Shown: piece by piece, positions 10,219 through 20,728 of the stretch
Layout: every line of letters begins with the position of its first letter
Position numbering within the stretch: position 1 is the first letter of the stretch
Origin: Deltaproteobacteria bacterium
Lineage (GTDB): Bacteria; Myxococcota_A; UBA9160; SMWR01
Reading direction: 5' to 3'
Assembly (NCBI GenBank): GCA_031405455.1
Contig: JANNIY010000058.1
Span: 13,517-77,516, forward strand
Length of the DNA: 64,000 nt
Translations under genes and position numbers: made by a program
Notes under the pieces: model-generated
Database searches by the model: none
The model's input: the letters and a program-made list of their open reading frames with translations, nothing else
Told to the model about the DNA's origin: nothing

Positions 10219-11319
10219 GTGAAGGTCGCAGGCGTCTCCCAGCGTTCGATCCGCATGGCGCCCGATGGCGTTTCGGTCGAGATCATCGATCAGACGCGGC
10301 TGCCCTTCGAGCTGCGCATCGCGCGGCTCGTGAGTCTCGAGGACGCGGCCGAAGCGATCGCGAGCATGCGCGTGCGCGGTGCGCCGCTGATCGGTGTCAC
10401 TGCGGCCTACGGGGTGTGCCTGGCCCTGCGCAAAGACGCTTCGGATGCGGCGCTCGCAGCCGCCTGCGAACGGCTGCTCGCGACGCGCCCCACCGCCGTG
10501 AACCTCGCCTGGGCGCTCGCGGAAATGCGCGCAGCGCTCGCGGACGTGGCGCCCGCGGAGCGCGTGCCGCGCGCGTTTGCCCGCGCGGCCGCCCTCGCGG
10601 ATGCCGATGTCGCGACCTGCCGCGCGATCGGCGAGCACGGCGCCCGTCTGCTCGCCGGGCTCGCGGAACGCCGGCGCGGCGAGCCCGTGAACCTGCTCAC
10701 CCACTGCAACGCCGGCTGGCTCGCGGCCGTCGATTGGGGCACCGCGCTCGCGCCGGTCTACGTCGCCTTCGCGCAGGGGATTCCGCTGCACGTCTGGGTG
10801 TCCGAGACGCGTCCGCGCAATCAGGGCGCGAGCCTCACGGCCTGGGAACTCGCCGAGCATGGCGTGCCGCATACGGTCGTCGCCGACAACGCGGGCGGGC
10901 ACCTGCTTCAGCGCGGCTGCGTCGACCTGGTCGTCACGGGCAGCGACCGCACGACGGCGACCGGCGACGTCTGCAACAAGATCGGAACCTATCCGAAGGC
11001 GCTCGCGGCGCTCGACAACGGCATTCCGTTCTACGTCGCGCTGCCGCATTCGACGATCGACTGGAACCTGACGGACGGTGTGGCCCAGATTCCGATCGAG
11101 GAGCGGGACGCGAGCGAACTGCGCGTCGTTACGGGGCGGAGCGCGAATGGCGAGCGCGGCGAGCTCGTGATCCTGCCGGACGCGAGCCCGGCGAAGAACT
11201 TTGCCTTCGACGTCACGCCGGCCCGGCTGGTGACGGGGCTCATCACGGAGCGGGGCGTGTGCGCCGCGTCGGCCGAGGGGTTGCTGTCGCTGTATCCCGA
11301 ACGCCGCCGGGTTCCGTAG
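10219..11319 (+). CDS. mtnA: S-methyl-5-thioribose-1-phosphate isomerase
   Basis: IIDQTRLP, MRVRGAPLIGVTAAYG, TRPTAVNL, THCNAG, ETRPRNQGA and GSDRTTATGDVCNKIGTY are eIF-2B/MtnA family motifs. Confidence 0.9.
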   Translation: MKVAGVSQRSIRMAPDGVSVEIIDQTRLPFELRIARLVSLEDAAEAIASMRVRGAPLIGVTAAYGVCLALRKDASDAALAAACERLLATRPTAVNLAWALAEMRAALADVAPAERVPRAFARAAALADADVATCRAIGEHGARLLAGLAERRRGEPVNLLTHCNAGWLAAVDWGTALAPVYVAFAQGIPLHVWVSETRPRNQGASLTAWELAEHGVPHTVVADNAGGHLLQRGCVDLVVTGSDRTTATGDVCNKIGTYPKALAALDNGIPFYVALPHSTIDWNLTDGVAQIPIEERDASELRVVTGRSANGERGELVILPDASPAKNFAFDVTPARLVTGLITERGVCAASAEGLLSLYPERRRVP

Positions 11320-11321
11320 GC

Positions 11322-12188
11322 GTGGGCACCCTCTACGTGGTTGCGACCCCGATCGGTCATCTCGAGGACGTGACGCTGCGGGCCCTGCGCGTGCTGCGCG
11401 AAGCCGAACTCGTGCTCGCGGAGGACACACGCCGCACGCGCGTGCTGCTCGATCGCCACGGAATCTCCGCGCGGCCGCTTTCGCTGCACGCGCACAACGA
11501 GGCCGCACGCGTCGCGCGCGTGCTCGCAACGCTCGCATCGGGAGGGCGCGTCGCGCTGGTCTCGGATGCCGGGACGCCGCTGGTCTCGGATCCGGGAGAG
11601 CGGCTGGTGGCGGCGGTGATCGCAGCCGGGCATGCGGTCGAAGCCGTGCCGGGCGCCTCGGCCGTGCTCGCGGCGCTCGCCGTCGCCGGCCTGCCGACGG
11701 CGCGCTTTGCGTTCGCCGGCTTCCTGCCGCGGCGCGCCGGGGAGCGCGACGCCTGGCTCAGGGGTTTTTGCGAGCGCCCGGAAACCCTCGTGCTCTTCGA
11801 ATCGCCGCGGCGCGTGGGGGCGACCCTCGCCCGCATGGCCGAGATCCTGGGCGACCGGCCGGCCTGCGTCGCCCGCGAACTCACGAAGCTCCACGAGGAG
11901 GTCGTCCGCGGCACACTCGGCGAACTCGCCACAAAGTTCTCGACAGGCGCGCGCGGGGAGGTCACGATCGTCGTCGGCGGATGCCCGCGAGAGACCGCGG
12001 CGGGCGCTGCCCCGGATCTGGAAGCCGCCCTGGATGCAGCGATCAGCGCGCAGCTCGCCGCGGGCGAGCCGACGCGTGCGATCGCGGCGCGGCTCTCGCT
12101 CCAGTACGGCGTTGCTCGGCGCGAGGTCTATGCCCGCGCGCTGGAGCTTCGCGGGCGCGCGGATGCGCGCTCGCAACGCGGTGACTGA
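11322..12188 (+). CDS. rsmI: 16S rRNA (cytidine1402-2'-O)-methyltransferase
   Basis: GTLYVVATPIGHLEDVTLRALRVLREAELVLAEDTRRT, SDAGTPLVSDPG, VPGASA and ARELTKLHEE are RsmI hallmarks. GTG start at 11322 lies inside track ORF 10416..12188. Confidence 0.9.
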   Translation: MGTLYVVATPIGHLEDVTLRALRVLREAELVLAEDTRRTRVLLDRHGISARPLSLHAHNEAARVARVLATLASGGRVALVSDAGTPLVSDPGERLVAAVIAAGHAVEAVPGASAVLAALAVAGLPTARFAFAGFLPRRAGERDAWLRGFCERPETLVLFESPRRVGATLARMAEILGDRPACVARELTKLHEEVVRGTLGELATKFSTGARGEVTIVVGGCPRETAAGAAPDLEAALDAAISAQLAAGEPTRAIAARLSLQYGVARREVYARALELRGRADARSQRGD

Positions 12189-12352
12189 GGAGAGCCTTCG
12201 ATGGAAGCGCGGCTCGGCTGGCGGCGCAGACTGCTGTTTACCGCCGTTCTCGTGGCGTCGCAGCGGTCTCGCTCGAGGTTCCGCTCCAGTTCCATCACCG
12301 CCTGACCGCCGGCGACCGATCGTCACGGCGAACGCTCTAACGGAGATCGAGG

Positions 12353-14188
12353 ATGCGGTATCGGAGAGAAGTGGATGGCCTGCGTGCCATCGCCGTCGTG
12401 CCGGTGATGCTGTTCCACGCCGGCTTCGCCTGGTGTGGGGGCGGATTCGTCGGCGTGGATGTCTTCTTCGTCATCAGTGGCTACTTGATTACCGGGATCA
12501 TCCTCGAGGATTTGAATTCCGGAACGTTCTCGCTCGCGAAGTTCTACGAGCGCAGGGCGCGGCGCATTTTGCCGGCGCTGTTCGTGGTCATGCTGGTGTG
12601 CCTGCCGGTCGCCTGGCTTCTGATGCTTCCGGACGACCTGGAGAATTTCGGACAGAGTTTGTTCGCGACGGCTCTGTTCTCCAACAATGTGTTGTTGTGG
12701 ATGACGTCTGGCTACTTCTCGCTGGCGAGCGAGTTCAAGCCGCTGGTGCATACCTGGAGTCTCGGCGTCGAGGAGCAGTACTACATGCTGTTCCCGCTGA
12801 TGCTCGGGCTTCTGTGGCGCCTGCCGACGCGGGCCTTCGTTGGGATTCTGGGCGTTGGGGCGGCGCTGAGTCTGGGCTTGGCGCAGTGGGGAAGCGTGAA
12901 TGCACCCATGGCGTCCTTCTTCCTGCTCGGCGCGCGTTTCTGGGAGTTGCTCCTCGGGGCGCTCATTTCCGTCGCCTTCTTCTACGGGAAGTCGTCGACG
13001 GGCGCGATCATCGCCAACCCCGTCATGCGTTCGCTGCTCGGCGTGGCGGGATTTCTGATGATCGGCGTGGCGGTGTTCTTGTTCGATCGGTTCACGCCCT
13101 TCCCGAGCGTCTACACGCTGCTGCCGACCGTTGGGGCGGCGCTGCTGATCGTCTTCGCCACGCCCGAAACATTCATGGGAAAATTCCTCGGCCTTTCGCC
13201 GCTCGTCGCGATCGGCTTGATCAGCTACAGCGCGTATCTGTGGCATCAGCCGCTTCTGGCCTTTTCGCGGTTGAGCAGCTTGTCCGAGCCTCCGGCCGGT
13301 CAGCTGCTGGTCGCGATCGTCGCTGCGTTCGGGCTCGCCTGGCTTTCCTGGCGCTATGTCGAGCGCCCCTTCCGGGATCGGGGGTTGCTCTCGCGGCGAG
13401 TCGTCGTCGCTTCCATGGCCGTCGTCGGCGCGTCGCTCGCTTCCGCCGGCGTGCTCATCAATCAGAAATCGGGATTCGTCCACCAATGGTCGGAGCTGAA
13501 TACGGAGGTCCAGGAGGCTGGAAGAAGGCTCAACGCTGTCTACAACGAAGGTCCGTACCGTTACCGATACGCGCCATTCGACGACAGCAAGCCGTTGAAG
13601 CTGCTGGTCCTGGGCAATAGCTTCGCGCGGGACTTCATCAACGCGGGAATGGAAAACCTGTACTTCCGCGAGGTCAGCCTCTCCTACGTCGAAGACGTCC
13701 CGGCGTGCATTCAACGAGAAGCAGACGTGAATGACCGGCTGAAGCAGCTCCTGGCTGCAGCGGATTACGTGGTCCTCGGAAGTCCGCCCGATACGCTCGC
13801 CTGTTTTCGCCGTGATGCCGAGGTGTTCGAGAAGTTGGGAGCCACGAGGCTGGTCGTGATTGGCATCAAGAACTTCGGTTGGAACATGAACGCCGTCATG
13901 AGGCTCGACGAATCCGTTCGGTATTCGTACCGGGCGGAAGTTCTCGAGGAAGCACGCGCCGAGAATGCCGACGCGGTACGGACGCTACCGGCCGAAAGCT
14001 TCGTGAACTTGATCGCAATCCTCGCGGACGAAAACGGGCGGGTTCCCGTCTTCACGCCGGATCGGAAGATCATTTCGCAGGACAGGGAGCACCTCACCAA
14101 GGCAGGCGCCGCGTATGTCGGAAGGTTGATGTTCGAGCATCCGTTGCTGCAACCGCTGAAGGATGCAAGCCGAAACGTGGCCGAGTGA
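12353..14188 (+). CDS. acyltransferase family 3 protein (OafA/YrhL-like O-acyltransferase with C-terminal SGNH-like extension)
   Basis: REVDGLRAIAVVPVMLFHAG and VDVFFVISGYLIT N-terminus, about 10 hydrophobic segments, WSLGVEEQYY, then a roughly 250-aa soluble tail. G+C is visibly lower than in the flanks. Confidence 0.85.
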   Translation: MRYRREVDGLRAIAVVPVMLFHAGFAWCGGGFVGVDVFFVISGYLITGIILEDLNSGTFSLAKFYERRARRILPALFVVMLVCLPVAWLLMLPDDLENFGQSLFATALFSNNVLLWMTSGYFSLASEFKPLVHTWSLGVEEQYYMLFPLMLGLLWRLPTRAFVGILGVGAALSLGLAQWGSVNAPMASFFLLGARFWELLLGALISVAFFYGKSSTGAIIANPVMRSLLGVAGFLMIGVAVFLFDRFTPFPSVYTLLPTVGAALLIVFATPETFMGKFLGLSPLVAIGLISYSAYLWHQPLLAFSRLSSLSEPPAGQLLVAIVAAFGLAWLSWRYVERPFRDRGLLSRRVVVASMAVVGASLASAGVLINQKSGFVHQWSELNTEVQEAGRRLNAVYNEGPYRYRYAPFDDSKPLKLLVLGNSFARDFINAGMENLYFREVSLSYVEDVPACIQREADVNDRLKQLLAAADYVVLGSPPDTLACFRRDAEVFEKLGATRLVVIGIKNFGWNMNAVMRLDESVRYSYRAEVLEEARAENADAVRTLPAESFVNLIAILADENGRVPVFTPDRKIISQDREHLTKAGAAYVGRLMFEHPLLQPLKDASRNVAE

Positions 14189-14233
14189 CATCCCCCGTTG
14201 ACTGAGCGGGTGCGGCCGCCGGGGATCGGGGGA

Positions 14234-14251
14234 TCCGCATTCGGATGCGGA
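14234..14251. terminator. possible bidirectional hairpin between the convergent acyltransferase and ligA genes
   Basis: TCCGCAT-tcgg-ATGCGGA is a perfect 7-bp inverted repeat in the 70-bp convergent gap. There is no T-tract. Confidence 0.3.
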
Positions 14252-14258
14252 CCGCGCC

Positions 14259-16367
<2,109 letters not shown>

Positions 16368-16422
16368 TCAAGGCGCGCCCGCCGCACGCCGAAATCTCCG
16401 CTAGCGCAAGCGGGAGATCGCC

Positions 16423-16644
16423 ATGAGCCACGAGCTGTTCGAACTCTTCGGGATGCTGGGGGCCGGCATGGGCCTGACGGCGCTCTTCCAGCGGGCGCTT
16501 CAGCCGCTGCGACTGCGCCTTGCGGGCGGCAGCGTGAATCCGAAGCGATTCGCTGCGGTGACGGCCAATGCAGGCTCTGATTCGGCCGCGATTTCCCTGT
16601 CCCGGCACCGCAGCAGCCCGAGCCGTCTCGACTCAACGACCTGA
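16423..16644 (+). CDS. hypothetical small protein (weak call)
   Basis: 73-aa ORF with GGGAG 8 nt upstream of the ATG. Third-position G/C is very high in the first half only. No family recognised. Its end overlaps the 3' end of the convergent SGNH gene by 12 nt. Confidence 0.25.
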   Translation: MSHELFELFGMLGAGMGLTALFQRALQPLRLRLAGGSVNPKRFAAVTANAGSDSAAISLSRHRSSPSRLDSTT

Positions 16645-17685
16645 GTCCGGGCGCGGCGGGAGCCGCTCGTCGGGTGCGCCCCGGCCGGCCGTCCGCAGGC
16701 CTTCGACGGGCGGCAGCAGCCGTAGCTCGTCGAGCCGCGCCTCGATTGCGACCGCCGCCAGCGCATGCACTTCGCGTCCGGGATGGATTGCGTCCGCGGG
16801 AAACGGCGCTGCCGAGATCAGCCCTGCGCGCTGCAGCGGATCGTAGAGGTCGAGCAGCGGCAGCCCGGCCTCGCGCGCTGCCTGCCGGTAGATCTCGTGG
16901 AAGCGTTCGAAGCCCCACTGCTCGTACGCGGGTGCGTAGAAATACGGAAACAGAACCGCCAGGATCGGGGGACCCTCCCGGCCGAGCTCGGCGAGACGCG
17001 CGATCCCGCGTCTCACGTTCGCGATTCCCGTCTCGTCGTAATTGGCTTCGATGTAGGCCCACCCCCAGAAGCGATCGCGGGCGAGCCGCCGGTAGAGGAA
17101 GTTCCACAGCCGCGAGGGTCCGTTGGGCGTGGCCAGCGCATACGGCGTGCTCGACGGGTATGGGTCGTTCAAACACAGCTGTGCGATCACGAGATCGGGC
17201 GCGAAGCGCGCTGCGCGAACTTCGAGCGCGCGCACGCTCTGGAGCAGGCTGTAGGCGTTGACCCCGAAGTTCAGCACCTCGAAGCGGGCGCCGCCCCGGG
17301 CCTCCTGTTCGAGTCGGCTTCCCAGAACGTTCAGGTAGATCTCGGGCCGCGGGCGATGCTCGAAGTTCGCGGTGATCGAATCCCCGATGAACGCGATCCG
17401 GAACACATCGGCGGACTTCTCGAGCGCGACTTCGCGGTCGGCCATGCCGAGCGAGTTCAGCGTGAATGCCTGCTTGCTCCAGCCCGGGTTCCACTCGAAG
17501 ATCAGCTCGGGATCCGGGCTCGGAATCAGCGCCCGCTCGGCGACCGGCGGAAGCGCTCGCCATTCGCGCCAGACGCCGAACTGGTGATACACGCGCAGCG
17601 CGATCTCCAGCGCGCCGAGCGAGAGCAGCGACGAGATCATCACGCTCGCGGTGGTCAGCAGGATCGTGCGCTGGGGCGTTCGCAT
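16633..17685 (-). CDS. SGNH/GDSL hydrolase family protein with N-terminal membrane anchor
   Basis: Start taken at the ATG (MRTPQRTILLTTASVMISSLLSLGALEIAL) at 17685. It has GDSL block I (FIGDSITANF) and a late DAIHPG block. The rest of track ORF 16633..18504 is shadow. Confidence 0.75.
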   Translation of the reverse strand: MRTPQRTILLTTASVMISSLLSLGALEIALRVYHQFGVWREWRALPPVAERALIPSPDPELIFEWNPGWSKQAFTLNSLGMADREVALEKSADVFRIAFIGDSITANFEHRPRPEIYLNVLGSRLEQEARGGARFEVLNFGVNAYSLLQSVRALEVRAARFAPDLVIAQLCLNDPYPSSTPYALATPNGPSRLWNFLYRRLARDRFWGWAYIEANYDETGIANVRRGIARLAELGREGPPILAVLFPYFYAPAYEQWGFERFHEIYRQAAREAGLPLLDLYDPLQRAGLISAAPFPADAIHPGREVHALAAVAIEARLDELRLLPPVEGLRTAGRGAPDERLPPRPDSGR

Positions 17686-18004
17686 GGCCTCGGACCCGGC
17701 GGAATGGCGCGCGCGACCCGTCAGGGATCGAAGCCCGCTACGGATCCAGCCTACAACGTCGCCTGGTGCAACGGAGCGGCAACCTGCGCTTCCAGCGCTC
17801 AGGGGCAGGCGCGGGGCGTTGCCCGTCCCGGCGTTCCGGAGGCCTCCCGGCGAGCCTGGTTCGAGCGGCCCAAGAGTCTGTCCCGAAAAGGGAATCACCG
17901 TTAAAGCTGGCGCTCGGAAGCGGCGATGAGTGACGGGGATCCAGGCGGATCGCCGCGATCGAAGGGTCTCGGGCTGCGGATGGTCCGACCGCGCAGAGGG
18001 GGCG

Positions 18005-19180
18005 ATGGGCCAGGCCGCACACCGCGAAACGCCGGCGAACCGTTGCGAGGACAGCCTCGCGCGGCTGGCGCAGGCCCTGCCGGATGGCGTCGCCCTGGTG
18101 CACGACGGTTGCATCCGCTGGGTGAACCCCGCGTTCGTCCGACTCGCTGGCCGAAGCGATCCCGGCGAGCTTGCCGGAGCCTGTTTCCTCGATCTCTTCG
18201 CCGACGCCGGCCAGGGACTCCCGGATCGCGCGCGGACGCGGCCGATCGAGTGCACGTTGCGCCGCCCGACCGGCGCCGAGCACCGTGTGCTCTGCGAGCT
18301 CACCTGGCCCGAATTCGCTCCGGGCCTCGACGCCTGGCGCTGCGAAGACGTCACCCCATTGCGCTCGCTCGAACGCGAGATTCTGCGCGCGAGCCAGGAG
18401 TTGCACCGCGCAAATCGCGAGCTCGCGTCGTTGCGCGAGGAGTTGCGCGCCGAGCGCGAGAGTCGCGAGGAGTTGCTCGCGGTCGTCAGCCACGAACTGC
18501 GCACGCCGGTGACGGTGATCGGCGGCTATAGCCGCCTGTTGCTGTCGGGCGAGGCGGGACCCCTGACGGAAGAGCAGGGCCGCTTTCTGACGGAGAGCGC
18601 CAAGAGTTGTCAGCGTCTGAATGAATTCATCCAGAAACTGATCGAAGCCTCGCGCGAAAAAAAGGGCGGCGAGGTGCTCGAACTCGGCAGCCACGCGCTC
18701 GCGCCCGTGGTCGAGGCGGTGGTGGAGGGATTGCTTCCGCTCGCCGCCGAGCGCGACTCGCGGCTGTGTGTTCACATCGACTCTGCTGCCGCGCATGCGC
18801 GCTTCGATCCGCTGCGCGTCGAGCAGATCCTCACCAACCTCATCAGCAACGCCATCGAACACGGCGGTCCGAAGCTGACGATCGAAATCGGAGCGCGCCT
18901 GCTGCCGAGCTCGACGGGCGGGCGCCGTTTCATCGAGGTGTGCGTCGAAGACGACGGCGCCGGCGTTGCCGCCGCCGACCGCGAGCGGATCTTCCAACCG
19001 TGGATCCAGGCGAACGCGGGCGGACGCGCCGGCAGCCTCGGGCTCGGGCTCGCGATTTGCCGCCGGCTCGTCGAAGCGCACGGCGGCGCCATTTCTCTCG
19101 GCGAACGCCTGGGCGGCGGCTGCAAATTCACGTTCACGCTGCCCGCGGCGGACCCCGCCCGGCGCGCGTCGGAGCGTTAG
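18005..19180 (+). CDS. PAS-domain sensor histidine kinase (soluble)
   Basis: PAS-like N-terminus (GVALVHDGCIRWVNPAF), H-box VVSHELRTPVTVI, N-box NLISNAIEHG, and G-boxes DDGAGV and GLGLAICRRLVEAHGG. No obvious TM segment. Confidence 0.85.
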   Translation: MGQAAHRETPANRCEDSLARLAQALPDGVALVHDGCIRWVNPAFVRLAGRSDPGELAGACFLDLFADAGQGLPDRARTRPIECTLRRPTGAEHRVLCELTWPEFAPGLDAWRCEDVTPLRSLEREILRASQELHRANRELASLREELRAERESREELLAVVSHELRTPVTVIGGYSRLLLSGEAGPLTEEQGRFLTESAKSCQRLNEFIQKLIEASREKKGGEVLELGSHALAPVVEAVVEGLLPLAAERDSRLCVHIDSAAAHARFDPLRVEQILTNLISNAIEHGGPKLTIEIGARLLPSSTGGRRFIEVCVEDDGAGVAAADRERIFQPWIQANAGGRAGSLGLGLAICRRLVEAHGGAISLGERLGGGCKFTFTLPAADPARRASER

Positions 19181-19182
19181 CC

Positions 19183-20643
19183 GTGGCGAAGACGCGCAGC
19201 CGTGCGAACGCGAAGTCGGCCGACCGCCACGGCAGCAAGCCTGCGCAGCGCTCGCGCATTCTCGTCGTCGATGACGCGGAAGGCATCCGGACCTTCGTGG
19301 CCCATCTGCTCGAGCTGCGCGGCTTCGATGTCGACACGGCCGAGGATGGCCGCAGCGCGCTCGCGTTGCTCGAGGGTGGCGCCGCACCGGACGTCGTGCT
19401 GCTCGACGTGATGATGCCCGGGCAGGACGGTCTCGTGACGCTCGCGCGCATCCGCGAGGCGCATCCGGAAATGTCGGTCGTGATGCTCTCGGTGGTCGGC
19501 AAGACGGGAACCATCGTCGAGGCCATGCGTCTGGGCGCGGTCGACTATCTGAACAAGCCCTTCGAAGAGGAAGAGCTCGAAGCCACGCTCATGAAGGTGC
19601 TCGAGCGCCGCTCGCTCTCGCGCGAGCTGGCTGCCCTCGGCCAGGCGCAAGGTCCATCGGGGGACGCGATCCTCTGGGCGAGCGCCGCCATGCAGCGCGT
19701 GAAGAGCCTGCTCGAGCACGTGGCCGACACCAACGTCACCGTCCTGATCCAGGGCGAGAGCGGCTCGGGCAAGGAGGTCGTCGCGCGCACGCTGCACGCG
19801 GTTTCTTCGCGCTCGGACGAGCGCTTCGTCAAGGTCAACTGCGCCGCGTTGCCCGAAGACCTGCTCGAGAGCGAGCTGTTCGGCTACGAGAAGGGCGCCT
19901 TCACGGGAGCCGGCTCGCGCAAGCAGGGAAAATTCGAGCAGTCGCACGAAGGGACCATCTTCCTCGATGAGATCGGCGAGATGAGCCAGGGGCTTCAGGC
20001 GAAGCTGCTCCAGGTGCTCCAGGACGGCCGCTTCTCGCGCCTCGGCGGCAACGAAGAAATCGCAGTCGACGTGCGCGTCGTGTGCGCCACCAACCGGAAG
20101 CTCGATGCCATGGTGCGCGAAGGCACGTTCCGCGAGGACCTGTTCTTCCGGATCAACGTCGTCACCGTCATGCTTCCGCCGCTGCGCGAGCGGCGTGAGG
20201 AGATTCAGCCGCTCATCGACAACTTCCTGCGCTCCTTCGCGGCGCGCTACCGCAAGCCGCTGCCGCGCCTTTCCGAGCGCCTGACGCGCGCGCTCGATCG
20301 CTATGCCTTCCCAGGCAACGTCCGCGAACTCGAAAACATGATGAAGCGCATCATCGTGCTCGAGAGCGAGACGCAGATTCTCGACGAGGTGCTGCGCGCA
20401 GACCGCCGCGGGAAGGTTCCCGGCAGCTCGCTGCTGCGCGTGATCGAAGAGATCGAGGCCACGGCGGGACAGGTTCCCCTGCGCGAGGTGGGCCGGCGTG
20501 CCGCCCAGGAGGCGGAGCGCGAAACCATCGATCGCGTGCTCCACCACACGCAATGGAATCGCAAGCAAGCCGCCCGTCTGCTCGGCGTGAGCTACAAGAC
20601 GCTGCTCCAGAAGATCCGCGACTGCGGACTCGAGCCTCTCTGA
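19183..20643 (+). CDS. sigma-54-dependent response regulator (NtrC/bEBP family)
   Basis: REC domain (ILVVDDAEG...LLDVMMPG...KPF), AAA+ Walker A GESGSGKE, the sigma-54 contact loop GAFTGA, and a C-terminal Fis-type HTH ([21 protein letters not shown]). GTG start lies 3 nt after the kinase stop. Confidence 0.92.
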   Translation: [486 protein letters not shown]

Positions 20644-20728
20644 GACGCGCTCGACCCTGGCGGGGGTCGGCGGAATCGCGTAAGAACGGGTCTCCGAGCG
20701 GCGAGAGGACGGCACGACCGAGCCCGAG

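Noticed and set aside
12301-14237. Similar short strings flanking the low-GC acyltransferase: CCGCCGGCGACCGATCG near 12305 and CCGCCGGGGATCGGG near 14218. These are possible att-like direct repeats.
   Set aside because: The matches are short, imperfect and made of GC-rich low-information sequence. No integrase or tRNA is nearby, so this is not distinguishable from chance.
16391-16419. An imperfect hairpin, ATCTCCGC-tagcgcaa-GCGGGAGAT, upstream of ligA.
   Set aside because: It has a one-base bulge, no T-tract, and overlaps the Shine-Dalgarno sequence of the weak ORF at 16423. It is too ambiguous to call as terminator or operator.
20658-20672. TGGCGGGGGTCGGCG between the first bEBP gene and the heparinase gene.
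   Set aside because: GG-N9-GC spacing and no TTGC-like -12 box. No convincing sigma-54 promoter was found for the heparinase-GT4-WecB cassette.
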